From the NCBI GenBank assembly GCA_965113315.1, contig OZ220369.1: a DNA stretch of 64,000 nucleotides; one strand, given 5' to 3'. A program made the translations under genes and the position numbers. Origin of the DNA: Podarcis vaucheri. Its lineage: Eukaryota. The notes under the pieces were generated by a model. It was not told the DNA's origin. It searched no databases and was given only the letters and a program-made list of their open reading frames with translations. The first letter of the stretch is position 1; the number at the start of each line of letters is the position of its first letter. Positions 1-12,131 of this stretch are shown one piece after another.

Positions 1-1696
1 CACTCAATCAATGGGGCTTCCAGAGACTACTTGCTTAGGGGAGGTTTTTTTTTGGGGGGGGGCATTCTAGGAGGTGCTCAGTCCTCTGGGGTCACTAGGA
101 AACTGAACCCTCTCAAGGCAACGGAATGTGGCTTTGCAAGCAAATGAGCCCTTGGGAATCCCAGAATTCTCTGGAATACTGGTGTGTGGGTATTTTTTTA
201 AAAAACCCTCTAATCCCCCTAGATCTTGGTGCAAGGGGATCAAACCCCCTCAAACGACAGCAACTGGAGAAGGATGACAATTCCACCTATTTTGCAAATA
301 TGTGCCTGCTATGGCCATGTTCAAATGGAAATTGGAATGAGCAACTTGCTTATGTTTCTTTTCTGGGGCTAGGGATGAACCCACCAATGCTGTGGGCATG
401 ACCCGGGAGAACCCTAGGTTCTTCCAGCCCTGCCAACCAATGCTGGAGACATCCTTGGAGAGGTTGCAAGGTGGTGCCTTGATCGGTCTTGAAGGGTAGG
501 GCAGCCGGGATCAAGAACCACCCCCCACCTGTCTTCTGCCCCAAAACACCCTTGGGGCTTCGCTTCTGCCAGCTGACAGCCCTCTGCAAAGATGGGAGAA
601 ATGGACTGGCACATCTTATTGTGGGTGAGCCGAATGGCAGCATTACCCAGGAGCAGGTCAATGCCCACCTTTACTCCCCGCAGAAGAGACCCAGCCCTCC
701 CCTGCATCCCCTCCCCTCCTTTTCCATACAAGGCGAGAGCAGGGCTGGAGGCTACTCATACACAAAGATGGTGCTGCAGGTGGGCAAACTTTCACACAGT
801 GCCTCAAGATTAAGGTGATGGGCAGACAAAGCCTTGTGTATGTCTGAATGGGCATAACACTGCCAGTCTCTTGCCATCTCCCTTACTGCAGTGTGTCTCC
901 TAACCATATTCCGAAGGTGGCCCCCTCATCTGTTTCTAGGACAACCCCCCACTCCCTTCCACCTCTTAACTGAAGGTGTGGCAAACCCCACAGCCTCTGA
1001 GCATTGATGTAATCCTTTGCACCAACACTGGTGCAATGGGCCCTGACCGTGTGATGTTGCAGCATCTGAGACTCCTCACCTCCCACTGTGCCCACCCTAG
1101 CCAAAGGCCACTCCTGGGGTGCCTGTCCCCCCCCCACCCCGCAGCAATAACCTCACACTGCCCCATTTTTGGCCAAGGAGGTCCTGTAGCGGCTCTAGAG
1201 AAGAGTCCAGAAGGGGTCCGGCTTCCCATTATCTGCATTGCAAATTCCTGGCCCGTTGGGTGACAAATTTCCTATGTGAAATTAAAGTGAAACAGGGATT
1301 TTGGAGGGGAGAGAAGTGGGGATTCAAAATGAAAAAAGGGGGGCCTGTGGCTGGGGCAGAGGCTCTGTTACAGGGAAGGGAGAGGTGTGGACGTCTTCAA
1401 AGTGCTCTGGGATTGTCTTTGGCTGCCACCAACTTGGAACGAAAAATATCTTTCCCCTCCCCAGTCTCCCTGGCTGCCAACAGGGCTCCATCCAGTCTCT
1501 CTCTCTCTCTCTGTCCTGACTGGTGGCGGATGAGGATCACCCCATGGCAAGAGGGGCGCTGCGGAGCAGGGACCGTGGGTTGTTTGACCGTGATGCCAAG
1601 GTGTCCTTGTCTTTTGCTACCCGCTTCTGGGATTCAAGAGGGGGTGGCTGCACGGGAGCGGGGCCAGGCCAGGGGGTGGAGGCTGCTCCCCGAGAT

Positions 1697-1813
1697 TCAG
1701 ATGAGCGAGATTCGGACAGGGATACTGGGAGACTCCGTCCTTTGAGGAGAGTGTTGACTCACTAGATGTTCAACCACCGTGTGTTTTGACATGTGCTTCA
1801 TCAAATAGGTCTC
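1697..1813 (-). CDS. ZNF362: ZNF362 last coding exon (ETYLMKHMSKH...VRISLI*)
   Basis: ctccag| acceptor; TGA at 1697-1699. No AATAAA seen downstream in the window, so the 3' UTR probably runs past position 1. Confidence 0.96.
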   Translation of the reverse strand, partial: ETYLMKHMSKHTVVEHLVSQHSPQRTESPSIPVRISLI

Positions 1814-4639
1814 CTGGAGAGGGAGAAAGGGAAGATCAGTTTCAGGGAAGCAGGAAGCGGCTGCCCCCCCCCCCCGTCTACGGTGACGTAGATTCATTTC
1901 AGCATGTCTGGGTCCTCCCTTCACCTCCACCCTGACCTTCTCCCACAGCATGATTTGGGGGAGATTGGGGAGTGGCCTGATCTACAGAGGGGATCTCCTG
2001 GCCCGCCACAGTTTCCCACAGGGCAACTGGGGGAGAAACACCTCCACCCCGCAATCACCAAGCAGAAAACTAAAGTAAGCTGTGCACCCACACCCCACAA
2101 TATCCCGACTTGAGTATTGTCCTCACAACTATGGAACCTGGATGGCTTTCAGAGAGGATTGGACCAATTCAAGGAGGACATAAAGCTATTGATGGCTACT
2201 CTGATGCGTTTTCCTCCTCACAACAACTCTGTGAGCTGGGTTAGTCCCAGAGCGGTCAACTGACCTCCCCCCCAAGGCCACCCCCAGTAGACTTCATGCC
2301 CAGTGCGTGAGGGGATTTGAACTCGTGTCTCTCTTGCACTCCCCACCTGCCTTGCTTCCTGCCCAGCCAACAGCCCCTGCTACTCACTGAAGTGTAGGCC
2401 CGCCCACACATGCTGCAGCAGTAGGCCTTGGCGTGCTTGATTGCGTGTGCCGAGAGGTGGATCTGGAGCGAGGCAGAGTCCGAGTAGGCCCGGTAGCAGT
2501 TCGGACACTTGTAGGGCTTGTCCTTGTTGTGTTGCCGTTGGTGAGACTGGGTGGGAAAGGGGCAGGAAGGAACAGGGGATTGACATGGCAGCCCTCAGAA
2601 GTCCTGGGGGTGGGGTGGGGTGGGGAAGACCCTTAAACAAAAAGCCACCTTGCCACCAACCAAGGTACCCCCTTGCAACTCTGAAGACCCAAGTCCTTCT
2701 ACACTACTACTTTCACTGAGATCTCTGCAAAATCTTTTATCAAGCCCTCCTTGCTAAATCTGCAGTAGGGCAGTCAGATGAGACTTGCACCCTTTCACCC
2801 AGCTCAGATCAAGATGCCAACCTTGCGAAGTTGCTTAGGCTGAGAGATACCAGCTGGCCCCCAAGGTCACACCCAGTGAGTTTCATGGCTGAGTGGGGGG
2901 AGGGATTTGAACCTGAGTCCGGCACTCTAACCACTATACCACATGGGTTCTGTGCTGTAGCGAACAAAAAAATCACTAGGAACTGACCTCGGGCATTTTG
3001 TCATTTTCCTCTGGAGTCTGTGACACAACTGCAACTTTTAAAATGTTGATGCCAATTTCATTTTACTCTGTGCTACATACATACATAAAGCTATTACCTG
3101 CCTTTCACCCAAAGGTCCCAAAGCAGGTAATAATGTTCACTTGCTATTATCTTCAGCAGTTAAGTGGAACCTCCGTCTTTAGAGGGAATAATACCTTTGA
3201 ACCTCAGAAGCCGCAGGACAGACAAGAGGGCTCCCCCCCTCTCTCTGGGCCAAGCATTTGAGCCCCCAAAGGTGTCTGCTGTTGGAAGCAGAGGACTAGG
3301 CTAGATCAGCAGACCATCAAGACAAATTTTTTGGGTGCTTGCAGCATAAGATACATAAATATTCAACATAGGAAAACCTCAGTCCTGTCTTGCAACACAG
3401 GGCACCGAATAAATGCACCCCAATTATCTCTAACCCTCAAATGCTTTGACCCACTCCGGGACTTCCAATTCACCTGGCACATACCACCCGAATTCCCAAC
3501 CGACTGACCTGGAGGTTTGAGAGCTGTGTGAATGCCTTTTCACATCCGGCATGAGGGCACTTGTAGGGTCTGTCTCCGGTGTGAATTCTGAAAGGCAGCA
3601 AGAGAGAACGCTGAGGTGTTTTCCGCCTCTCCTCCATTGCTTCACTTACCTGACTCAGTTCACAAACCGCCTCCCGCAAAATATCACACAGCAATTTCAT
3701 ATTAGGAAATGGTGAAATTAGTGGTTACAAATCAGGACGGTTTTGAAAGGTATGGGCCACCATCTGGTTTCAAAATGGCGCCGAACTGTACCCAAACATG
3801 CACAGAATCTCGATCCTAGGGTCCTGTCCTGTCCTAACGCATAGCAAAGAGGCAACTTTCCAAAATATGCAGTAGATACATAAAACAATTCCATGTCTAC
3901 AGGCATATTTACAACCGTTTCGTATATGTTAAAATCCCACCCTAACCAAGTTTGAGAACTGCTGGTTTAATCTATCAAGTAGGAAACAAAACTTGGAAAA
4001 TGTGCACCGTTATGCGTCAATTTATTCTGACGTTGCTGGTCAAAGAAGTGGGGTGTGTGTGTGCCATTTGACACACACTCACTCAAGCCATGAGGACTAA
4101 AGGCTTGCTTTTTTACTTAACCTTGTTCTTGTTAACGAAAAGGAGGATTTCCAGTTTCTGGTGGCCATCTTTGCTTCCCATGCTCACCCAAAATGGCAAC
4201 CCAGTCGACTGATCCCAGCGAGCATAAGCAGGTCCCTTACCTGGTGTGTTGCTGGAGGTGGGAAAGTTGGCGGAAGGATTTCTCGCAGTAGGAGCAGTGA
4301 TAGGGCTTGACGCCCAGGTGGATGCGCAAATGCTGCGCCAGGTAGGAGGCGTTGGCGAAGGACTTGGAGCAGTGGGGGCACTTGTGGGGCTTGGCCTCTG
4401 TGTGGGACTTGGAGTGGATCTGCATCTCCGACTTGGTGAAGAAAGTGAGGGGGCAGACTTTACACCTGGAGACGGTCAAGGACAAGAAGGGGGGGGAGCG
4501 TTTCAAAGACACAATTCTGCATCAAAACATAGTCACTATCATCATTTATTTCTTAACGATGTCTTTAATGTCCTGCAGTGAGAGGCTCGGACAGGATAAC
4601 CCTTGGTGTCCTCTCCAATTCTGCCATTCCACGATATAT

Positions 4640-4671
<32 letters not shown>

Positions 4672-7600
4672 CACACAGTGGTACCTCGGGTTAAGTACTT
4701 AATTCGTTCTAGAGGTCAGTTCTTAACCTGAAACTGTTCTTAACCTGAAGCACCACTTTAGCTAATGGGGCCTCCCGCTGCCGCCGCACTGCCGGAGCAC
4801 AATTTCTGTTCTTATCCTGAAGCACTATTTCTGGATTAGCGGAGTCTGTAACCTGAAGCATATGTAACCTGAAGTGAATGTAACCCGAGGTACCACTGTA
4901 TATATATCAATATTGATATATATAGATATACATATCTTCTCCCAAGTTGGGATTCTAGCGTCAGAAAACATCATTATAAAATAGAAAGTATTTTTTTAAA
5001 AACCCAGTTAAAACACATCCATTAAAATACGCCAAAACACATTTAGAACCAGCAATAAAAATGTAGGCTGCCCTGACACATCAGCCTAGTGGCCAGCATC
5101 ACCTGCTCCTTGGTTTCTAAAGGTCTGTCTGAGCAGTAAAGTCTTGGCTCATTACTTCACTGTAGCCTACTCTGACTGGCAGCAGCTCCCTAGCAAGCAC
5201 ATCCAACAAGTTGCCACTTTTGGGCTTCTCTGGGGCATTTCCTCTCCACACCATGGCTGGGAAGCTATTTCCGGCTCCATGGGTCAGAGTATCATCAGGA
5301 TTGGTCAAATTTGAGAGGTCAGCCGCCCATCTGTCAATGATGCAGCATGTTACTGCATCACATGACTGAAAAGTAGCTGGCCCCACCCCCCCATCAAAAG
5401 CCCATTGGTGGGAGTGTCTCCTCCTGCTCACTGATTGGTCCATGGAGCTCAGTATTATCGACTCTGACTGAAAGCAGGTCTCCAGGCTTTTTTTCAGGCA
5501 GGGGACATTCCCAGCCCTCCCTGGAGATTCCATTGCGGATTGAACCCGGGGCCTTGTGCTCTGCCGCTGAGCTGTACCCATTCTCCTATCTCGAGTTTAA
5601 ACTGGCACAGTCCAAGAACAGTGACCCTATTCCTGACATAATTTTTATTTGATTTCACAAGTACAAAATTGTAAAAGATAACCTAACACATATCCACAAT
5701 TTAGAGATTCCTCTGAATCTCTGACTTCCCACCTTCCCTTCCCCTCCAGGGGTTCTGTTATTAAAACTTTTCCACTGCATCTTTTTCTGCACTCCATTTT
5801 TCAAAATAACTTCATCATCTCCACAATACCCGCTACATTACAAGTGTTATTGCAATCCTGCTAATGTTTTCATCTGTTTACAGTGGTCTCCAAGATAAAT
5901 CATACATTTTCCCCATTCCTTATTAAAGTTTTGGTCTTCTTGGTTCCTGAGCTTTCCGGTCTTCACCTGTTCATCCTTTGTATGCCATTCCAACATCAAT
6001 CTATACATTTTCAACAGTAATTTTATATTGTTTGCTAACAGATCGTATTCAGATTTCATAACTGAAAACCTCTTCTTATCCATTTTGACGATATCATTGA
6101 CCCTATTTCTGTACACAGAATCATAGAGTTGAAAGGGACCTCCAAGAGCAATCTAGTCCAGCTCCCCGCCATGCTAAGGGGCCTGAGGTCTCCCCACCCC
6201 ACTCCCCCACCCACGCTGGCGGCAGAGTGTTAACCCCTTCCCTCCCACACACCTGTACGTCTTCCCCTCTTTGCCGATGTCGCCCGAAGCCAAGATGGGG
6301 TAGGGCACCACCAGGACGGGGGGCCCCGTGGGGTTCTCCGCCTTGATCTTCTTGCGGCCGCGCTCCGCCTTGGGTGCCCCCCCCAGCAGGCTGTGACCCT
6401 GAATGGTCTTGATGGAGTCCAAGAGCGGGGGGCTGGTGATCCCTGAGATGAGGGTGGGCGAAGAGGCAATGAGACGGCTCTGCGTGGTGGAGGTGGGGGT
6501 GGAGGGGGTGCTGGTGCCCGTCCCAGCGCTGGATTCCGAGGTGCTGACGGCCGTGGCGCGGGACCCCAGACCCAAACCTGGAAGACAGAAGCCAGGGGTG
6601 GAGGGAGAGGACAGCTTAAGACAAGCCCCAGAACATGCCAGGAAGGCTGAGGGGGAAGGTTTTTGGCAACAGCTCAGAGCAGCAGTGGTTCATAAGCATT
6701 TGCCAGCATGTGGAGGCAGAGCGTAGCAATCGTGACTGGCAGCTACCCATGGTCCTCTCCTCCATGGATTTGTCTCTTTTGAAACCGTCCAGGTTAGTGG
6801 CCATTGCTCCCTCCTGTGGGAGGGAGTTCCGTAGTTCAACTGGCAGCCCTGTCCTTTCTTTTCTCTGTTCTGAATCTTCCAACATTCAGATTCACCGGAT
6901 GTTCACATATTCTGGTCTTAGGAGAGAGCTGTCTCCTCTCACCGGTAAGGCACAAGCTTGAGCTTCTGAATACAGCATGGTTGCATCTTACCCAAACCAT
7001 TGGAGCAGACCCCCATGGCCAGCAGGTGGCAGGGAGGGAGAGAAAGAGAACATCCAGCACTCCCAGAACCAGTGGCCCCAGCTTAAAGCTCTTTTTTTTT
7101 TTTAGAATGAAGAATACACACACATACACAATTTTCAAATTTACAAACAATCATCAAGGAAGCTGTGGCGTTTGCCCTCCTAGGTGTGTGACACCATACT
7201 GGGTTCATAGGGAAAGGGTTAACTAATTATAAAATGACTAACCAATGGGAACCCAGGGGGCAGAGTTAACTGGGTATAAGGTTTAAGCACAGAGGGGTTT
7301 TTTTTGGGGGGGGAGTTAAGAGTGGAGAAGACAGTCTGGAGTTAGAAGAGACAGATAAGATAAATCTGTGGGTTGGGCTAGTCTGGTGTGAGAGGGAGAG
7401 GATTTGTTAAGAGGAGTCAGTCAAACAGTTGAGATAATCAGTCAGAAGGTATTAGGAAGGTATAGGCCGGTAAAGAAACTAAAGTTAAAATAGTGTGTGT
7501 GTGTCCTTATATTAACTTTTTTTCCTCCTGCATCTTCTCTGTTAATCCAGTTCTATTAAATCTCCATTACAACCACAGTCCAACGTTTAACAAGTGTCAT

Positions 7601-7704
7601 TCCAATCCTACTAATTATTTTAATTGTTTACAGTGATTTTTAAGGTAAATTATATATATTTCCCATTCCTGATTAAAATTTTGGTCTTCCTGATTCCAGC
7701 TTAA

Positions 7705-7763
<59 letters not shown>

Positions 7764-9344
7764 TTTATACTCCACCCATCTGGATGGGTTTCCCCAGCCA
7801 CTCTGGGCGACTCCTAACAGAATATGAAAAGCATGATAAAACATCAAACATTGAAAACCTCCCTGAACAGGGCTGCCTTCAGATGTCTTTTAAAAACCAG
7901 ATAGTTTTTATTTCCTTGACAACTGATGGGAGTGCGTTCCACAGGGCGGGCGCCACTACCGAGAAGGCCCTCTGCCTTTGAAGCTCTCTGCCTTGCTTGC
8001 ATTCAACTTGCAGGATTTCAACCAGCTGGCCTTCAACCATGTATGGTTGAAATTGCGCAAGTTAAATGAGAATAAGATGCGGTTGTGCCGTGTGTGTGTG
8101 TGTACACATAATATCACAAGCTGCTCAAAAAGCACACACTTGTTCTGGGCTTGCAGAAAATTCATTGCATGTGCACAAAGACATAGCTTCCCGGTGCCTG
8201 CTTGCCCCCTTGCCCCCGGCTTACCTGTGACAGTGCTGGTGGCTGGGCGAGCGTGCAAGGCCACGTCGGGCTGGGGGACCGCCTGAGGGTGCAACCCGGG
8301 GACCTGCTGCAGCTTGGGGATAGACATGATGGACTGGCTCCCCTCGGCAGGTGAGGGGGGCACCAGCAGAGGCTGCTGGGAAGACACGGAAGTCGGGGGC
8401 AGGTGTGGGGGCCGGATCTTCTCTGCCATGAGCTGCTCCTTGATCTTGTTGATGAGAACTAGATTGTCCAGCTGAAGGGGGAAGAAGAACAAAAAGTTAT
8501 CGACCAGCAAAGGGAGCAGTGTGCGCTTTTCTTCTGGACAAAGGTGTGGGCAAGCAAGTTAGGGCAAGTATGGAGAAGGGCTGCAGCTCAGTGGTTACAG
8601 CACCGGCTTTGCATGCAAAAGGCCTCAAGTTCAATCTCGGCATCTTGAACCACAAGGAGTAAGCGTAGACAACAGGGATGAAGAAGAAATTCAGTTTGGG
8701 TTTTAATGCAGATCTACCTAATTTGCACTTCTTCTTTTTTAAACATCTTTACTGAAAGTTCAAAATGTACATAATTATATGTGCGCTAAACATGGTGAGA
8801 TGTAAATAAAAGAGAGAGAAAGAAAGAGAATCCGTGTACCCAATTTTCACTTCTTGAAACAACATGTGGGCTGTAATGCAGGGACTTCTTTGAAATCCCC
8901 ATTCCTCCAAATTTTGTTCTCCAACAAAAAACATGTACAAAAATTGTACATATTAGTGAACAGAACACACAAAAATTCATTAAATTGGAGAAAACAGCTT
9001 GCAAAAACGAGCAATTCGCATTAAAATGCTGGTGGATTTTCAGGAGGACTTCTCAAAAATAAATTTTCAGATGGATGCATGAATGATGTGAACTGAAGAC
9101 TTGAAAAATGAAAAAACAGAAGCCAATAAATCTGTTTATTCTTCCCAGGCAATACTGAGCTAGACCAACCGAGGGGTCTGACACAGCGTCAGGCAGCTTC
9201 CTATGCGCCTCTGAAGATTTGGGGGTATGTGTGGACTAGAAACTTTAGAAGACCTTGCATGTTTGGAGAACAGGTCCTTACCTGACTGGGCATCGTGGGA
9301 GGGGGTGGCCAGAAGTAGGGGTTGTTAAAGCGCGGCTCCGCCAT
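1697..9344 (-). CDS. ZNF362: Zinc finger protein 362 (ZNF384/lin-29/rotund family C2H2 transcription factor), spliced CDS, 404 aa
   Basis: Join (minus) 9282-9344, 8225-8471, 6253-6577, 4241-4465, 3509-3587, 2388-2546, 1697-1813 = 1215 nt; all introns GT..AG, phases consistent. Translation MAEPRFNNPYFWPPPPTMPSQLDNLVLINKIKEQLMAEKIRPPHLPP...CKVCPLTFFTKSEMQIHSKSH...HTGDRPYKC...IPVRISLI matches vertebrate ZNF362 as I recall it. Confidence 0.97.
2388..2546 (-). CDS. ZNF362: ZNF362 coding exon 6 (SHQRQHNKDKPYKCPNC...CSMCGRAYTS)
   Basis: Read manually; cccag| acceptor, TCA|gtgagt donor; 159 nt. Confidence 0.96.
3509..3587 (-). CDS. ZNF362: ZNF362 coding exon 5 (IHTGDRPYKCPHAGCEKAFTQLSNLQ)
   Basis: tttcag| acceptor, CAG|gtcagt donor; 79 nt. 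Confidence 0.96.
4241..4465 (-). CDS. ZNF362: ZNF362 coding exon 4 (C2H2 fingers 1-3)
   Basis: Within ORF 4237..4512: CKVC..HSKSH, CPHC..HLRIH, CSYC..HTR; 225 nt. Confidence 0.97.
4676..4898. mobile_element. pogo/Tigger-like (Tc1/mariner superfamily) MITE, family A
   Basis: TIR CAGTGGTACCTCGGGTTA / TAACCCGAGGTACCACTG, inserted in a TA-rich microsatellite. Confidence 0.85.
5640..6110 (-). mobile_element. L1/Tx1-type LINE 3' fragment
   Basis: ORF 5847..6116 ends TGKLRNQEDQNFNKEWGKCMIYLGDHCKQMKTLAGL; homologous to 56975-57450 and ~7520-7700. Confidence 0.65.
6253..6577 (-). CDS. ZNF362: ZNF362 coding exon 3 (Ser/Thr-rich region, RGRKKIKAEN, VLVVPYPIL)
   Basis: Overlaps ORF 6174..6575; ttccag| acceptor, AG|gtgtgt donor; 325 nt. 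Confidence 0.95.
6690..6885 (-). mobile_element. CR1 LINE 3' fragment
   Basis: ORF 6616..6885 contains RNSLPQEGAMATNLDGFKR.DKSMEE, the CR1 ORF2 terminus. Confidence 0.75.
7164..7505 (+). mobile_element. Possible truncated LTR
   Basis: Begins TGTGGCG, has CCAAT then TATAA followed by a purine-rich tract; right end not identified. Confidence 0.35.
7709..7980 (-). mobile_element. L2-type LINE 3' end with (TAA)n microsatellite tail (7709-7763)
   Basis: CCCCAGCCACTCTGGGCG..CAGGGCTGCCTTCAGATGTCTT..GCCACTACCGAGAAGGCCCTCTGCC; relatives at ~18805-18910, 36820-36940, 46745-46925. Confidence 0.7.
8225..8471 (-). CDS. ZNF362: ZNF362 coding exon 2 (LDNLVLINKIKEQ...PATSTVT)
   Basis: Within ORF 7956..8510; cttcag| acceptor, G|gtaagc donor; 247 nt. 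Confidence 0.96.
8575..8645 (+). mobile_element. tRNA-like SINE head (degenerate; not a functional tRNA)
   Basis: GCAGCTCAGTGGTTACAGCACCGGCTTTGCATGCAAAAGGCCTCAAGTTCAATCTCGGCATCT; relatives at ~15330 and ~24010. Confidence 0.6.
9282..9344 (-). CDS. ZNF362: ZNF362 first identified coding exon (MAEPRFNNPYFWPPPPTMPSQ)
   Basis: Acceptor ttttgctttccccgcag|G ATG, donor CAG|gtaagg; not in the ORF track, read manually. Confidence 0.95.
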
Positions 9345-9679
9345 CCTGCGGGGAAAGCAAAAGAAGAGGGAGAGAGGTGGTTATGGTGGGTTAGGACTGG
9401 CCGTGGTGGCAAAAGACATCCTCACACCTCCGGGAAGGAAAAACACATTCCCACTCCCGGCTCCCCAAATGACAGGCAGCTCAATCCTAGCCTCAGGCGA
9501 GAGCCAAAGAGGGCGATGATCCAATCACAGAGGAGGAGTAATAAAATAAGAAAGGATTAAGTCATTCTTAACACTTTCATCACTTCACTAACTTGATTTG
9601 GGGGTCAAATACTCTCCAGTTTAGTCACAATTAAAAAAACACAGAGATTAATTTAACCATGACTCCCGGTTCATGTAAT

Positions 9680-9681
<2 letters not shown>

Positions 9682-9722
<41 letters not shown>
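9682..9722. repeat. (CA)n microsatellite, ~20 units
   Basis: Direct reading. Confidence 0.95.
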
Positions 9723-9723
<1 letters not shown>

Positions 9724-10226
9724 CCAAGCCCCTGCTACAAACCCCTCCCCAGCTTCCCTTTCCAACCCTATGTAGCTACTAAGCTCGCTTTTCACTTTCC
9801 CAATCCCATTTTTTTGGTGTGGAAATCCCGGATTGTGATGCAGCACTACAAATCTGCAAGTGGTGGCTGCATGACCACAGCCTTACACTTTTATGCATAT
9901 AGGAAGATAATGACATTGTATTCAGCATGATTGTTTACGGAGCACAACTAGACAGGGATGGTATTTGGGGTCCATAATGACCTTGTCTTGGTGCCATTCA
10001 CAGACCCCTAATCCCTTCCTCATACATCTTCCCCTTCAGATCAAAAACTGCTAGGGTATGGTCCGAAGACACACTTCTTTCTGACCACTTTGCCTGGGTC
10101 AGGTCAGGGCCTAAATGGATGACCAGGTCCTCCCTTTCGGCCTATGATGGAAGAAAGGTGGGATATAAATGTGAGAAACTGATGATTTAATGGTTAAGGT
10201 CTCTTTGCCTTAATTGTTTCAACATA

Positions 10227-10485
10227 CCGTATTTTTCGCTCTATAAGACGCACCAGACCACAAGACGCACCTAGTTTTTGGAGGAGGAAAACAAGAAAAA
10301 AAATATTCTGAATCTCAGAAGCCAGAACAGCAAGAGGGATTGCTGCGCAGTGAAAGCAGCAATCCCTCTTGCTGTTCTGGCTTCTGGGACAGCTGCGCAG
10401 CCTGCATTCGCTCCATAAGACGCACACACATTTCCCCTTACTTTTTAGGAGGGAAAAAGTGAGTCTTATAGAGCAAAAAATACGG
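10227..10485. mobile_element. Tc1/mariner-type MITE family C with internal perfect hairpin
   Basis: TA|CCGTATTTTTCGCTCTATAAGAC...GTCTTATAGAGCAAAAAATACGG|TA. Confidence 0.85.
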
Positions 10486-11980
10486 TAATTCTAGTCGGTA
10501 TCAAAAAGGCCGGGGCCATTTCAACCTCCAGTGCCTTGAACCTGCAGTCAATTCCCCCACCTCACCCCAGATTCGATTTAATCAGCTTTTGACCTGGGTG
10601 GCCTTTTAGGGTAACCATCAAATTTTTATTATATTAAAAAATAATGGGAGACAGTACCAAACAATTAACCCCTTTACTGTAGGGAAAATATAGTGTTATG
10701 AAGCAGCACAGGCTAGGAGAAATTGCTTTGCCACTTTTTATATGACAGAATCATAGAATCTTAGGTTTGGAAGGGACCCAGGGGTCATCTATGCGGGAAT
10801 CTCAGCTAAAGCATCCTTGGCAGAGGATTGTTTTAAAGCTATTTATAAACCCATATTATGTGGGAAGACAAAACTATGGTCTGGAGACTGTCAGTGGTCC
10901 AGGTGGTCCCCAAAAAATGACAAGGAAGGGCAAACATCTAAAGCTGAATCAACAGAAGCTTTAGGCTGCATTCCTATTCACACTTACCTGGGTGTAAGGC
11001 CCACCGGTCTCAATGGGGCTTACTTTTGAGTAGACATGTACAAGCTTGCCCTGCCAGTTAAATACATGGTGGAAAGCAATTCATTTTAATCTGGGAGAAC
11101 AATTTTAAATCAGCAGGGTTAAAAATTAAGGGCACATTCGCCTATTTTTGAGACTCTTCTGGACTGTGAATTGCTCCCACAATAGCGAATTGATAAGTAC
11201 AGACAAAGTTGGTCTTTGCTTCTACAATGGATGGTAGCTTAAAAAATGTATTATTTAATTGTTTTTGTCCCAGGGTCTGTTTGAAGGCCCACAAGGCCAC
11301 TCGTTTGCTAACGCTAATGGCTGGATGAATGCCCCACCTAGGAACCACCTGGGATTTCATGAAGGGAAGAAAGGTTGGATTTCAATGTAGGAAAATAGCG
11401 GCTATATAAAATTAGCTTGCGGTTCCTTCAATAAATATTGTTCTTTACTATTTATAAATATCGTTCTTTACTGTTTATATATACACAGCTTGATAGTAAA
11501 AAATAAATAAATCCACAAACCTCAAAGCAGCTTAAAAAATATAAAACAATAAAATTATCACTAAGAAAAATGAACAACAATAATTGAAAACTTTTGAAGA
11601 GTTAAACAATAGACTAAAAAAACCAATTAAAACTCACACAAACTTTATAAAACATCTAGACAGGCTTGTCTAAACACAAATGTTTTTAGTAGCTGCCTGC
11701 CTGATCTCAATAGGCAGAGTTCCAAAGTGCAGGTGCCGCCACACTAAAAGACCGAGTTATTGCAAATGCAGAATAGATGTTATGCAGCACTTGTAACAGT
11801 TCCACCAATCGAAGCCGCTGAGTGGGTTCAAATGGGGGAAGGTGCTCTCCCCCCACCCCAAAACTGTCACCTGCACTGAGATTTGATAAGAAGTAGCATT
11901 CTTATTTAACAAGTGTATTGTCTGGAATTAAACCTTTTAAAAATGCTTTAGTTGGATGATTCTCTAACTAAGCCCCGCTA

Positions 11981-12131
11981 CAGTGATACCTCAGGTTACA
12001 TATGCTTCAGGTTACATACACAGCGGCAGCGGGAGGCCCTATTAGCTAAAGTGGTGCTTCAGGTTAAGAACAGTTTCAGGTTAAGAACGGACCTCCGGAA
12101 CAAATTAAGTACTTAACCCGAGGTACCACTG
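11981..12131. mobile_element. Tigger-like MITE family A, internally deleted copy
   Basis: TA|CAGTGATACCTCAGGTTA...TAACCCGAGGTACCACTG|TA; opposite orientation to the 4676 copy. Confidence 0.85.

Noticed and set aside
8575-8645. tRNA-like sequence
   Set aside because: Acceptor stem does not pair and box B is degenerate; multiple diverged relatives indicate a SINE head.
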